A stretch of 64,000 nucleotides of DNA, taken from assembly GCA_964016885.1 (NCBI GenBank), contig OZ024741.1:20212001-20276000 (forward strand), read 5' to 3'. How positions within the stretch are numbered: position 1 is the first letter of the stretch; every line of letters starts with the position of its first letter. A program made the translations under genes and the position numbers. Of the stretch, positions 32,667 to 47,295 are shown one piece after another. The notes below the pieces were generated by a model that had not been told where the DNA came from, searched no databases, and saw only the letters and a program-made list of their open reading frames with translations. This DNA comes from Eledone cirrhosa. Its lineage: Eukaryota.

Positions 32667-35600
32667 TTAAAACCCTATTACAGTGAAACTCATATTATCT
32701 GGGACAGTGTCGCAGTGACACACATATCTTAAACCCCTATTACTGTACAGTTCATATTATCTGGGACAGTGTCGCAATAACACACATATCTTAAACCCCT
32801 ATTACAGCACAGCTCATATTATCTGGGACAGTGTCGCAGTAACACATATCTTAAACCCCTATTACAGTACAGCTCATATTATCTGGGACAGTGTCGCAGT
32901 AACACACATATCTTAAACCCCTATTACAGTACAGCTCATATTATCTGGGACAGTGTCGCAGTAACACACATATCTTAAACACATATTACAGTACAGCTCA
33001 TATTATCTGGGACAGTGTCGCAGTAACACACATATCTTAAATCCCTATTACAGTACAGCTCATATTATCTGGGACAGTGTCACAGTAACACATATCTTAA
33101 ACCCCTATTACAGCACAGCTCTTATTATCTGGGACAGTGTCGCAGTAACACACATATCTTAAACCCCTATTACAGTACAGCTCATATTATCTGGGACAGT
33201 GTCGCAGTAACACATATCTTAAACCCTTATTACAGTACAGCTCATATTATCTGGGACAGTGTCGCAGTAACACATATCTTAAACCACTATTACAGTACAG
33301 CTCATATTATCTGGCACAGTGTCGCAGTAACACATATCTTAAATCCCTATTACATTACAGCTCATATTATCTGGCACAGTGTCGCAGTAACACACATATC
33401 TTAAATCCCTATTACAGTACAGCTCATATTATCTGGGACAGTGTTGCAGTAACACACATATCTTAAACCCCTATTACAGCACAGCTCATATTATCTGGCA
33501 CAGTGTCGCAGTAACACACATATCTTAAACCCCTATTACAGTTCAGCTCATATTATCTGGGACAGTGTCGCAGTAACACACATATCTTAAACCCCTATTA
33601 CAGTCCAGCTCATATTATCTGGGACAGTGTCGCAGTAACACACATATCTGAAATCCCTATTACAGTACAGCTCATATTATCTGGGACAGTGTCACAGTAA
33701 CACATATCTTAAACCCCTATTACAGCACAGCTCATATTATCTGGGACAGTGTCGCAGTAACACACATATCTTAAACCCCTATTACAGTACAGCTCATATT
33801 ATCTGGGACAGTGTCGCAGTAACACATATCTTAAATCCCTATTACAGTACAGCTCATATTATCTGGGACAGTGTCACAGTAACACACATATCTTAAACCC
33901 CTATTACAGCACAGCTCATATTATCTGGAACAGTGTCGCAATAACACATATCTTAAATCCCTATTACAGTACAGCTCATATTATCTGGGACAGTGCCGCA
34001 GTAACACACATATCTTAAATCCCTGTTACAGCGCAGCTCATATTATCTGGCACACTGTCGCAGTAACACACATATCTTAAACACATATTACAGTACAGCT
34101 CTTATTATCTGGGACAGTGTCGCAGTAACACATATCTTAAATCCCTATTACAGTACAGCTCATATTATCTGGGACAGTGTCGCAGTAACACATAACTTAA
34201 ATCCCTATTACAGTACAGCTCATATTATCTGGGACAGTGTCGCAGTAACACACATATCTTAAATCCCTATTACAGTACAGCTCATATTATCTGGGACATT
34301 GTCGCAGTAACACACATATCTTAAATCCCTATTACAGTACAGCTCATATTATCTGGGACAGTGTCGCAGTAACACATATCTTAAATCCCTATTACAGTAC
34401 AGCTCATATTATCTGGGACAGTGTCGCACTAACACACATATCTTAAATCCCTATTACTGTACAGCTCATATTATCTGGGACAGTGTCGCAGTAACACATA
34501 TCTTAAATCCCTATTACAGTACAGCTCATATTATCTGGGACAGTGTCGCAGTAACACACATATCTTAATTCCCTATTACAGTACAGCTCATATTATCTGG
34601 GACAGTGTCGCAGTAACACACATATCTTAAATCCCTATTACAGTACAGCTCATATTATCTGTGACAGTGTCGCAGTAACACATATCTTAAATCCCTATTA
34701 CAGTACAGCTCATATTCTCTGGGACACATTCGCTGTAACACACATATCTTAAATCCCTATTACAGTACAGCTCATATTATCTGGGACAGTGCCGCAGTAA
34801 CACACATATCTTAAACCCCTATTACAGTACAGCTCATATTATCTTGGACAGTGTCGCAGTAATACATATCTTAAACCCCTATTACAGTACAGCTCATATT
34901 ATCTGGGACAGTGTCGCAGTAACACACATATCTTAAACCCCTACTGCAGTACAGCTCATGTTATCTGGGACAGTGTCGCAGTAACACATATCTTAAACCC
35001 CTATTACAGTACAGCTCATATTATCTGGGACAGTGTCGCAGTAACACACAGATCTTAAACCCCTATTACAGTACAGCTCATATTATCTGGGACAGTGTCT
35101 CAGTAACACATATCTTAAACCCCTATTACAGTACAGCTCATATTATCTGGCACAGTGTCGCAGTAACACATATATCTTAAATCCCTATTACATTACAGCT
35201 CATATTATCTGGCACAGTGTCGCAGTAACACATATCTTAAATCCCTATTACATTACAGCTCATATTATCTGGCACAGTGTCGCAGTAACACATATCATAA
35301 ATCCCTATTACAGTACAGCTCATATTATCTGGGACAGTGTCGCAATAACACATATCTTAAACCCCTATTACAGTACAGCTCATATTATCTGGCACAGTGT
35401 CGCAGTAACACATATCTTAAATCCCTATTACATTACAGCTCATATTATCTGGCACAGTGTCGCAGTAACACACATATCTTAAACCCCTATTACAGCACAG
35501 CTCATATTATCTGGCACAGTGTCGCAGTAACACACATATCTTAAACCCCTATTACAGTCCAGCTCATATTATCTGGGACAGTGTCGCAGTAACACACATA

Positions 35601-36579
35601 TCTTAAATCCCTATTACAGTACAGCTCATATTATCTGGGACAGTGTCGCAATAACACATATCTTAAACCCTATTACATTACAGCTCATATTATCTGGGAC
35701 AGTGTCGCAGTAACACACATATCTTAAACCCCTATTACAGTCCAGCTCATATTATCTGGCACAGTGTCGCAGTAACACACATATCTTAAATCCCTATTAC
35801 AGTACAGCTCATATTATCTGGGACAGTGTCGCAATAACACATATCTTAAACCCCTATTACATTACAGCTCATCTTATCTGGGACAGTATCGCAGTAACAC
35901 ACATATCTTAAACCCCTATTACAGTACAGCTCATATTATCTGGGACAGTGTCGCAGTAACACATATCTTAAATCCCTATTACAGTACAGCTCATATTATC
36001 TGGGACAGTGTCGCAGTAACACACATATCTTAAACCCCTATTACAGCATAGCTCATATTATCTGGGACAGTGTCGCAATAACACATATCTTAAATCCCTA
36101 TTTCAGTACAGCTCATATTATCTGGGACAGTGTCGCAGTAACACACATATCTTAAATCCCAGTTACAGCACAGCTCATATTATCTGGCACAGTCTCGCAG
36201 TAACACACATATCTTAAACACATATTACAGTACAGCTCATATTATCTGGGACAGTGTCGCAGTAACACACATATCTTAAATCCCTATTACAGTACAGCTC
36301 ATATTATCTGGGACAGTGTCACAGTAACACATATCTTAAACCCCTATTACAGCACAGCTCATATTATCTGGGACAGTGTCACAGTAACACATATCTTAAA
36401 CCCCTATTACAGTACAGCTCATATTATCTGGGACAGTGTCACAGTAACACATATCTTAAACCCCTATTACAGCACAGCTCATATTATCTGGGACAGTGTT
36501 GCAGCAACACATATCTTAAATGCCTATTACAGTACAGCTCATATTATCTGGGACAGTGTCGCAGAAACACATATCTTAA

Positions 36580-36803
36580 CCCTTTCGCATTTACATTACT
36601 CTATATATACTATTATATTTTCGTGGTAACAGTTTTACCTCACATAATTATCTCACATAATACTGAATCTATGAAATTTTTATGTTATTTATTTTGAGAA
36701 AAATACCTTAACGTCAGTATGAGTGGCCAGTTACAGCCGGTTTGACGAGAAATGGATGAGAGAATTCTGGCCGGATACAGCCTGTTTAAATGATGCTAAA
36801 GGG
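36580..36803. mobile_element. piggyBac-type MITE copy 9
   Basis: TTAA on both sides; AACGTCAG variant shared with copy 10. Confidence 0.9.
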
Positions 36804-39800
36804 TTAAAACCCTATTACAGTGAAACTCATAATATCTGGGACAGTGTCGCAGTAACACACATATCTTAAACCTTTATTACTGTACAGCTCATATTATCTG
36901 GGACAGTGTCGCAATAACACACATATCTTAAACCCCTATTACAGCACAGCTCATGTTTTCTGGGACAGTGTCACAGTAACACATATCTTAAACCACTATT
37001 ACAGTACAGCTCATATTATCTGGGACAGTGTCGCAGTAACACACATATCTTAAATCCCTATTACAGTACAGCTCATATTATCTGGCACAGTGTCGCAGTA
37101 ACACATATCTTAAACCCCTATTACAGCACAGCTCATATTATCTGGGACAGTGTCGCAGTAACACACATATCTTAAACACCTATTACAGTACAGCTCATAT
37201 TATCTGGGACAGTGTCGCAGTAACACATATCTTAAACCCCTATTACAGTGCAGCTCATATTATTTGGCACAGTGTCGCAGTAACACATATATCTTAAATC
37301 CCTATTACATTACAGCTCATATTATCTGGCACAGTGTCGCAGTAACACATATCTTAAATCCCTATTACATTACAGCTCATATTATCTGGCACAGTGTCGC
37401 AGTAACACATATCTTAAATCCCTATTACAGTACAGCTCATATTATCTGGGACAGTGTCGCAATAACACATATCTTAAACCCCTATTACAGTACAGCTCAT
37501 ATTATCTGGCACAGTGTCGCAGTAACACATATCTTAAATCCCTATTACATTACAGCTCATATTATCTGGCACAGTGTCGCAGTAACACACATATCTTAAA
37601 TCCCTATTACAGTACAGCTCATATTATCTGGGACAGTGTCGCAATAACACACATATCTTTACTCCCTATTACAGTACAGCTCATATTATCTGGCACAGTG
37701 TCGCAGTAACACACATATCTTAAATCCCTATTACAGTACAGCTCATATTATCTGGCAGTGTCGCAGTAACACATATCTTAGATCCCTATTACATTACAGC
37801 TCATATTATCTGGCACAGTGTCGCAGTAACACACATATCTTAAATCCCTATTACAGTACAGATCATATTATCTGGGACAGTGTCGCAGTAACACACATAT
37901 TTTAAATCCCTATTACAGTACAGTTCATATTATCTGGGACATTGTCGCAGTAACACACATATCTTAAATCCCTATTACAGTACAGCTCATATTATCTGGG
38001 ACAGTGTCACAGTAACACACATATCTTAAACCCCTATTACAGTCCAGCTCATATTATCTGGGACAGTGTCGCAGTAACACACATATCTTAAACCCCTATT
38101 ACAGTCCAGCTCATATTATCTGGGACAGTGTCGCAGTAACACACATATATTAAATCCCTATTACTGTACAGCTCATATTATCTGGCACAGTGTCGCAGTA
38201 ACACACATATCTTAAATCCCTATTACAGTACAGCTCATATTATCTGGGACAGTGTCGCAATAACACATATATTAAACCGCTATTAAATTACAGCTCATAT
38301 TATCTGGGACAGTGTCGCAGTAACACACATATCTTAAACCCCTATTACAGCACAGCTCATATTATCTGGGACAGTGTCGCAGTAACACATATCTTAAACC
38401 CCTATTACAGTACAGCTCATATTATCTGGGACAGTGTCGCAGTAACACACATATCTTAAATCCCTATTACAGTACAGCTCATATTATCTGGGACAGTGTC
38501 GCAGTAACACATATCTTAAACCCCTATTACAGCACAGCTCATATTATCTGGGACAGTGTCGCAGTAACACACATATCTTAAACCCTTATTACAGTACAGC
38601 TCATATTATCTGGGACAGTGTCGCAGTAACACATATCTTAAACCCCTATTACAGTACAGCTCATGTTATCTGGCACAGTGTCACAGTAACACACATATCT
38701 TAAATCCCTATTACATTACAGCTCATATTATCTGGCACAGTGTCGCAGTAACACATATCTTAAATCCCTATTACATTACAGCTCATATTATCTGGCACAG
38801 TGTCGCAGTAACACATATCTTAAATCCCTATTACAGTACAGCTCATATTATCTGGGACAGTGTCGCAATAACACATATCTTAAACCCCAATTACAGTACA
38901 GCTCATATTATCTGGCACAGTGTCGCAGTAACACATATCTTAAATCCCTATTACATTACAGCTCATATTATCTGGCACAGTGTCGCAGTAACACACATAT
39001 CTTAAATCCCTATTACAGTACAGCTCATATTATCTGGGACAGTGTCGCAGTAACACACATATCTTAAATCCCTATTACAGCACAGCTCATATTATCTGGC
39101 ACAGTGTCGCAGTAACACACATAACTTGAATCCCTATTACAGTACAGCTCATATTATCTGGCACAGTGTCGCAGTAACACATATCTTAGATCCCTATTAC
39201 ATTACAGCTCATATTATCTGGCACAGTGTCGCAGTAACACACATATCTTAAATCCCTATTACAGTACAGCTCATATTATCTGGGACAGTGTCGCAGTAAC
39301 ACACATGTCTTAAACCCCTATTACAGCACAGCTCATATTATCTGGCACAGTGTCGCAGTAACACACATATCTTAAATCCCTATTAAAGTACAGCTCATAT
39401 TATCTGGGACAGTGTCGCAGTAACACACATATCTTAAACCCCTATTACAGCACAGCTCATATTATCTGGCACAGTGTCGCAGTAACACACATATCTTAAA
39501 CCCCTATTACAGTCCAGCTCATATTATCTGGGACAGTGTCGCAGTAACACACATATCTTAAATCCCTATTACAGTACAGCTCATATTATCTGGGACAGTG
39601 TCGCAATAACACATATCTTAAACCCTATTACATTACAGCTCATATTATCTGGGACAGTGTCGCAGTAACACACATATCTTAAACCCCTATTACAGTCCAG
39701 CTCATATTATCTGGCACAGTGTCGCAGTAACACACATATCTTAAATCCCTATTACAGTACAGCTCATATTATCTGGGACAGTGTCGCAATAACACATATC

Positions 39801-40534
39801 TTAAACCCCTATTACATTACAGCTCATATTATCTGGGACAGTATCGCAGTAACACACATATCTTAAACCCCTATTACAGTACAGCTCATATTATCTGGGA
39901 CAGTGTCGCAGTAACACATATCTTAAATCCCTATTACAGTACAGCTCATATTATCTGGGACAGTGTCGCAGTAACACACATATCTCAAACCCCTATTACA
40001 GCATAGCTCATATTATCTGGGACAGTGTCGCAATAACACATATCTTAAATCCCTATTTCAGTACAGCTCATATTATCTGGGACAGTGTCGCAGTAACACA
40101 CATATCTTAAATCCCAGTTACAGCACAGCTCATATTATCTGGCACAGTGTCGCAGTAACACACATATCTTAAACACATATTACAGTACAGCTCATATTAT
40201 CTGGGACAGTGTCGCAGTAACACACATATCTTAAATCCCTATTACAGTACAGCTCATATTATCTGGGACAGTGTCACAGTAACACATATCTTAAACCCCT
40301 ATTACAGCACAACTCATATTATCTGGGACAGTGTCACAGTAACACATATCTTAAACCCCTATTACAGTACAGCTCATATTATCTGGGACAGTGTCACAGT
40401 AACACATATCTTAAACCCCTATTACAGCACAGCTCATATTATCTGGGACAGTGTCGCAGCAACACATATCTTAAATGCCTATTACAGTACAGCTCATATT
40501 ATCTGGGACAGTGTCGCAGAAACACATATCTTAA

Positions 40535-40758
40535 CCCTTTCGCATTTACATTACTCTATATATACTATTATATTTTCGTGGTAAAAGTTTTACCTCACAT
40601 AATTATCTCACATAATACTGAATCTATGAAATTTTTATGTTATTTATTTTGAGAAAAATACCTTAACGTCAGTATGAGTGGCCAGTTACAGCCGGTTTGA
40701 CGAGAAATGGATGAGAGAATTCTGGCCGGATACAGCCAGTTTAAATGATGCTAAAGGG
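40535..40758. mobile_element. piggyBac-type MITE copy 10
   Basis: TTAA on both sides; sister of copy 9. Confidence 0.9.
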
Positions 40759-43700
40759 TTAAAACCCTATTACAGTGAAACTCATAATATCTGGGACAGT
40801 GTCGCAGTAACACACATATCTTAAACCTTTATTACTGTACAGCTCATATTATCTGGGACAGTGTCGCAATAACACACATATCTTAAACCCCTATTACAGC
40901 ACAGCTCATGTTTTCTGGGACAGTGTCGCAGTAACACACATATCTTAAACCCCTATTGCAGTACAGCTCATATTATCTGGGACAGTGTCACAGTAACACA
41001 TATCTTAAACCACTATTACAGTACAGCTCATATTATCTGGGACAGTGTCGCAGTAACACACATATCTTAAATCCCTATTACAGTACAGCTCATATTATCT
41101 GGCACAGTGTCGCAGTAACACATATCTTAAACCCCTATTACAGCACAGCTCATATTATCTGGGACAGTGTCGCAGTAACACACATATCTTAAACACCTAT
41201 TACAGTACAGCTCATATTATCTGGGACAGTGTCGCAGTAACACATATCTTAAACCCCTATTACAGTGCAGCTCATATTATTTGGCACAGTGTCGCAGTAA
41301 CACATATATCTTAAATCCCTATTACATTACAGCTCATATTATCTGGCACAGTGTCGCAGTAACACATATCTTAAATCCCTATTACATTACAGCTCATATT
41401 ATCTGGCACAGTGTCGCAGTAACACATATCTTAAATCCCTATTACAGTACAGCTCATATTATCTGGGACAGTGTCGCAATAACACATATCTTAAACCCCT
41501 ATTACAGTACAGCTCATATTATCTGGCACAGTGTCGCAGTAACACATATCTTAAATCCCTATTACATTACAGCTCATATTATCTGGCACAGTGTCGCAGT
41601 AACACACATATCTTAAATCCCTATTACAGTACAGCTCATATTATCTGGGACAGTGTCGCAATAACACACATATCTTAAATCCCTATTACAGTACAGCTCA
41701 TATTATCTGGCACAGTGTCGCAGTAACACACATATCTTAAATCCCTATTACAGTACAGCTCATATTATCTGGCACAGTGTCGCAGTAACACATATCTTAG
41801 ATCCCTATTACATTACAGCTCATATTATCTGGCACAGTGTCGCAGTAACACACATATCTTAAATCCCTATTACAGTACAGATCATATTATCTGGGACAGT
41901 GTCGCAGTAACACACATATTTTAAATCCCTATTACAGTACAGCTCATATTATCTGGGACATTGTCGCAGTAACACACATATCTTAAATCCCTATTACAGT
42001 ACAGCTCATATTATCTGGGACAGTGTCACAGTAACACACATATCTTAAACCCCTATTACAGTACAGCTCATATTATCTGGGACAGTGTCGCAATAACACA
42101 TATATTAAACCGCTATTAAATTACAGCTCATATTATCTGGGACAGTGTCGCAGTAATACACATATCTTAAACCCCTATTACAGCACAGCTCATATTATCT
42201 GGGACAGTGTCGCAGTAACACATATCTTAAACCCCTATTACAGTACAGCTCATATTATCTGGGACAGTGTCGCAGTAACACACATATCTTAAATCCCTAT
42301 TACAGTACAGCTCATATTATCTGGGACTGTCGCAGTAACACATATCTTAAACCCCTATTACAGCACAGCTCATATTATCTGGCACAGTGTCGCAGTAACA
42401 CACATAACTTAAATCCCTATTACAGTACAGCTCATATTATCTGGCACAGTGTCGCAGTAACACATATCTTAGATCCCTATTACATTACAGCTCATATTAT
42501 CTGGCACAGTGTCGCAGTAACACACATATCTTAAATCCCTATTACAGTACAGCTCATATTATCTGGGACAGTGTCGCAGTAACACACATGTCTTAAACCC
42601 CTATTACAGCACAGCTCATATTATCTGGCACAGTGTCGCAGTAACACACATATCTTAAATCCCTATTACAGTACAGCTCTTATTATCTGGGACAGTGTCG
42701 CAGTAACACACATATCTTAAACCCCTATTACAGTCCAGCTCATATTATCTGGGACAGTTTCGCAGTAACACACATATCTTAAACCCCTATTACAGTCCAG
42801 CTCATATTATCTGAGACATTGTCGCAGTAACACACATATATTAAATCCCTATTACTGTACAGCTCATATTATCTGGCACAGTGTCGCAGTAACACACATA
42901 TCTTAAATCCCTGTTACAGTACAGCTCATATTATCTGGGACAGTGTCGCAATAACACATATCTTAAACCCCTATTACATTTCAGCTCATATTATCTGGGA
43001 CAGTGTCGCAGTAACACACATATCTTAAACCCCTATTACAGCACAGCTCATATTATCTGGGACAGTGTCGCAGTAACACATATCTTAAACCCCTATTAGA
43101 GTACAGCTCGTATTATCTGGGACAGTGTCGCAGTAACACACATATCTTAAATCCCTATTACAGTACAGCTCATATTATCTGGCACAGAGTCGCAGTAACA
43201 CATATCTTAAACCCCTATTACAGCACAGCTCATATTATCTGGGACAGTGTCGCAGTTACACACATATCTTAAACCCCTATTACAGTACAGCTCATATTAT
43301 CTGGGACAGTGTCACAGTAACACATATCTTAAACCCCTATTACAGTACAGCTCATATTATCTGGCACAGTGTCGCAGTAACACACATATCTTAAATCCCT
43401 ATTACATTACAGCTCATATTATCTGGCACAGTGTCGCAGTAACACATATCTTAAATCCCTATTACATTACAGCTCATATTATCTGGCACAGTGTCGCAGT
43501 AAAACATATCTTAAATCCCTATTACATTACAGCTCATATTATCTGGCACAGTGTCGCAGTAACACACATATCTTAAATCCCTATTACAGTACAGCTCATA
43601 TTATCTGGGACAGTGTCGCAGTAACACACATATCTTAAATCCCTATTACAGTACAGCTCATATTATCTGGCACAGTGTCGCAGTAACACACATATCTTAA

Positions 43701-43944
43701 ATCCCTATTACAGTACAGCTCATATTATCTGGGACAGTGTCGCAGTAACACACATATCTCAAATCCCAGTTACAGCACAGCTCATATTATCTGGCACAGT
43801 GTCGCAGTAACACACATATCTTAAACCCCTATTACAGCACAGCTCATATTATCTGGGACAGTGTCGCAGCAACACACATCTTAAATCCTTATTACAGTAC
43901 AGCTCATATTATCTGGGACAGTGTCGCAGCAACACATATCTAAA

Positions 43945-44168
43945 CCCTTTAGCATTTACATTACTCTATATATACTATTATATTTTCGTGGTAAAAGTTT
44001 TACCTCACATAATTATCTCACATAATACTGAATCTATGAAATTTTTATGTTATTTATTTTGAGAAAAATACCTTAACATCAGTATGAGTGGCCAGTTACA
44101 GCCGGTTTGACGAGAAATGGATGAGAGAATTCTGGCCGCATACAGCCAGTTTAAATGATGCTAAAGGG
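43945..44168. mobile_element. piggyBac-type MITE copy 11 (left TSD mutated to TAAA)
   Basis: Sister of copy 7, 13011 bp downstream. Confidence 0.9.
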
Positions 44169-45578
44169 TTAAAACCCTATTACAGTGAAACTCACATTAT
44201 CTGGGACAGTGTCGCAGTAACACACATATCTTAATCCCCTATTACTCTACAGCTCATATTATCTGGGACAGTGTCGCAATAACACACATATCTTAAACCC
44301 CTATTACAGCACAGCTCATATTATCTGGAACAGTGTCGCAATAACACATATCTTAAATCCCTATTACAGTACAGCTCATATTATCTGGGACAGTGTCGCA
44401 GTAACACACATACATTAAATCCCAGTTACAGCACAGCTCATATTATCTGGCACAGTGTCGCAGTAACACACATATCTTAAACACATATTACAGTACAGCT
44501 CATATTATCTGGGACAGTGTCGCAGTAACACATATCTTAAACCCCTATTACAGTACAGCTCATATTATCTGGGACAGTGTCGCAGTAACACATATCTTAA
44601 ACCACTATTACAGTACAGCTCATATTATCTGGCACAGTGTCGCAGTAACACATATCTTAAATCCCTATTACATTACAGCTCATATTATCTGGCACAGTGT
44701 CGTAGTAACACACATATCTTAAACCCCTATTACAGTCCAGCTCATATTATCTAGGACAGTGTCGCAGTAACACACATATCTTAAACCCCTATTACAGTCC
44801 AGCTCATATTATCTGGGACAGTGTTGCAGTAACACACATATCTTAAATCCCTATTACTTTACAGCTCATATTATCTGGGACAGTGTCGCAGTAACACACA
44901 TATCTTAAATCCCTATTACAGTACAGCTCATATTATCTGGGACAGTGTCGCAATAACACATATCTTAAACGCCTATTACATTACAGCTCATATTATCTGG
45001 GACAGTATCGCAGTAACACACATATCTTAAACCCCTATTACAGTACAGCTCATACTATCTGGGACAGTGTCGCAGTAACACATATCTTAAATCCCTATTA
45101 CAGTCCAGCTCATATTATCTGGGACAGTGTCGCAGTAACACACATATCTTAAATCCCTATTACAGTACAGCTCATATTATCTGGGACAGTGTCGCAGTAA
45201 CACACATATCTTAAACCCCTATTACAGCACAGCTCATATTATCTGGGACAGTGTCGCAATAACACACATATCTTAAATCCCTATTACAGTACAGCTCATA
45301 TTATCTGGGACAGTGTCGCAGTAACACACATATCTTAAATCCCAGTTACAGCACAGCTCATATTATCTGGCACAGTGTCGCAGTAACACATATTTTAAAC
45401 CCCTATTACAGCACAGCTCATATTATCTGGGACAGTGTCACAGTAACACATATCTTAAATCCCTATTACAGCACAGCTCATATTATCTGGGACAGTGTCG
45501 CAGCAACACATATCTTAAATCCCTATTACAGTACAGCACATATTATCTGGGACAGTGTCGCAGCAACACATATCTTAA

Positions 45579-45803
45579 CCCTTTAGCATTTACATTACTC
45601 TATATATACTATTATATTTTCGTGGTAAAACTTTTATCTCACATAATTATCTCACATAATACTGAATCTATGAAATTTTTTATGTTATTTATTTTGAGAA
45701 AAATACCTTAACATCAGTATGAGTGGCCAGTTACAGCCTGTTTGACGAGAAATGGATGAGAGAATTCTTGCCGGATACAGCCAGTTTAAATGATGCTAAA
45801 GGG
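45579..45803. mobile_element. piggyBac-type MITE copy 12 (225 bp)
   Basis: Sister of copy 8; TTAA on both sides. Confidence 0.9.
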
Positions 45804-46967
45804 TTAAAACCCTATTACAGTGAAACTCATATTATCTGGGACAGTGTCGCAGTAACACACATATCTTAAACCCCTATTACTGTACAGCTCATATTATCTG
45901 GGACAGTGTCGCAATAACACACATATCTTAAACCCCTATTACAGCACAGCTCATATTATCTGGGACAGTGTCGCAGTAACACATATCTTAAACCCCTATT
46001 ACAGTACAGCTCATATTATCTGGGACAGTGTCGCAGTAACACACATATCTTAAACCCCTATTACAGTACAGCTCATATTATCTGGGACAGTGTCGCAGTA
46101 ACACACATATCTTAAAGCCCTATTACAGTACAGCTCATATTATCTGGGACAGTGTCGCAGTAACACACATATCTTAAACCCCTATTACAGTACAGCTCAT
46201 ATTATCTGGGACAGTGTCGCAGTAACACACTCATCTTAAACCCCTATTACAGTACAGCTCATATTATCTGGGACAGTGTCGCAGTAACACACATATCTTA
46301 AACCCTTATTACAGTACAGCTCATATTATCTGGGACAGTGTCGCAGTAACACACATATCTTAAACCCCTATTACAGTACAGCTCATATTATCTGGGACAG
46401 TGTCGCAATAACACACATATCTTAAACCCCTATTACATTGCAGCTCATATTATCTGGGACAGTGTCGCAATAACACATATCTTAAACCCCTATTACAGTA
46501 CAGCTCATATTATCTGGGACAGTGTCGCAATAACACATATCTTAAACCCCTATTACAGTACAGCTCATATTATCTGGCACAGTGTCGCAGTAACACATAT
46601 CTTAAACCCCTATTACAGTACAGCTCATATTATCTGGGACAGTGTCGCAGTAACACACATATCTTAAACCCCTATTACAGCACAGCTCATATTATCTGGG
46701 ACAGTGTCGCAGTAACACACATATCTTAAACCCATATTACATTACAGCTCATATTATCTGGGACAGCTATCCTAGACTAGAGGTCCCCAACTGTTTTTCT
46801 ACTGCTCCCCCCCCCATCCCCTTGTATAGTAAATATTTGACGGCGTGGCCAGCGTTCGGTCGATCAATCTATCTACAATCTACATTCTAACTTTACTACT
46901 ACTTACATAAACATGCTTCATATAGAATCATTGCAACATCTGACTGATAAAATGACAAGTCTGTCAA

Positions 46968-47165
46968 TCATATTGGTGGCCGCCCCACAGGCCCGGGGGA
47001 CAGAATAGAGAAGGCGTTACCCCGGAGGACGGCAAGGGAGACGCGCTGGAAAAGCCATTCCCGCTCGCGAGGCTCACACCTGCGGCTGGCTAGCTCAGCG
47101 GCTAAGGTGGTAAGCACGGAGGTAGCCCTAGGGCGGAGGACACCAGAAGTGTCGGAGGAACGAAA
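46968..47165 (-). mobile_element. 3' fragment of a CRE/SLACS-like non-LTR retrotransposon ORF (restriction-like endonuclease C-terminus)
   Basis: Translation DTSGVLRPRATSVLTTLAAELASRRCEPREREWLFQRVSLAVLRGNAFSIL matches the recalled motif (E)TxGxxG...FLFQRLSxAxQRGNAxxIL; GC-rich island in AT-rich DNA. Confidence 0.75.
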
Positions 47166-47295
47166 AACAAAATTCTTCTTTTTCTTCCTCCTCTTCTTCA
47201 TCAGAAGACAGCAAAAAGTGGAACTAAAAAGAAAAGAATTTTTTCCTTTGGAGAGATTGACCTCGTTACATTCTGTGTCATTTAAACTTTACAGC

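Larger units (their letters stand above)
1..46766. repeat. 60/62-bp tandem satellite array (about 720 monomers; extends beyond window start)
   Basis: Consensus CCCTATTACAGTACAGCTCATATTATCTGGGACAGTGTCGCAGTAACAC(AC)ATATCTTAAA(T/C) repeated head-to-tail; the two lengths differ by one CA; ends abruptly at ...ATCTGGGACAG 46766. Monomer count estimated from length. Confidence 0.99.

Noticed and set aside
1009-43576. Repetitive ORFs (QYSSYYLGQCRSNTYLKPLL / YYSTAHIIWDSVAVTHILNP) in the satellite
   Set aside because: The 60-bp unit has two stop-free frames by chance; interspersed 62-bp units shift frame into TAA; no codon-preserving pattern.
2677-45803. Twelve independent site-specific transpositions into the satellite
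   Set aside because: Identical orientation and shared rare flanking variants point to one insertion plus array duplication.
1-46766. CRISPR-like repeat/spacer array
   Set aside because: Monomers are contiguous with no unique spacers, the inserts are all the same MITE, there are no cas genes and the context is eukaryotic.
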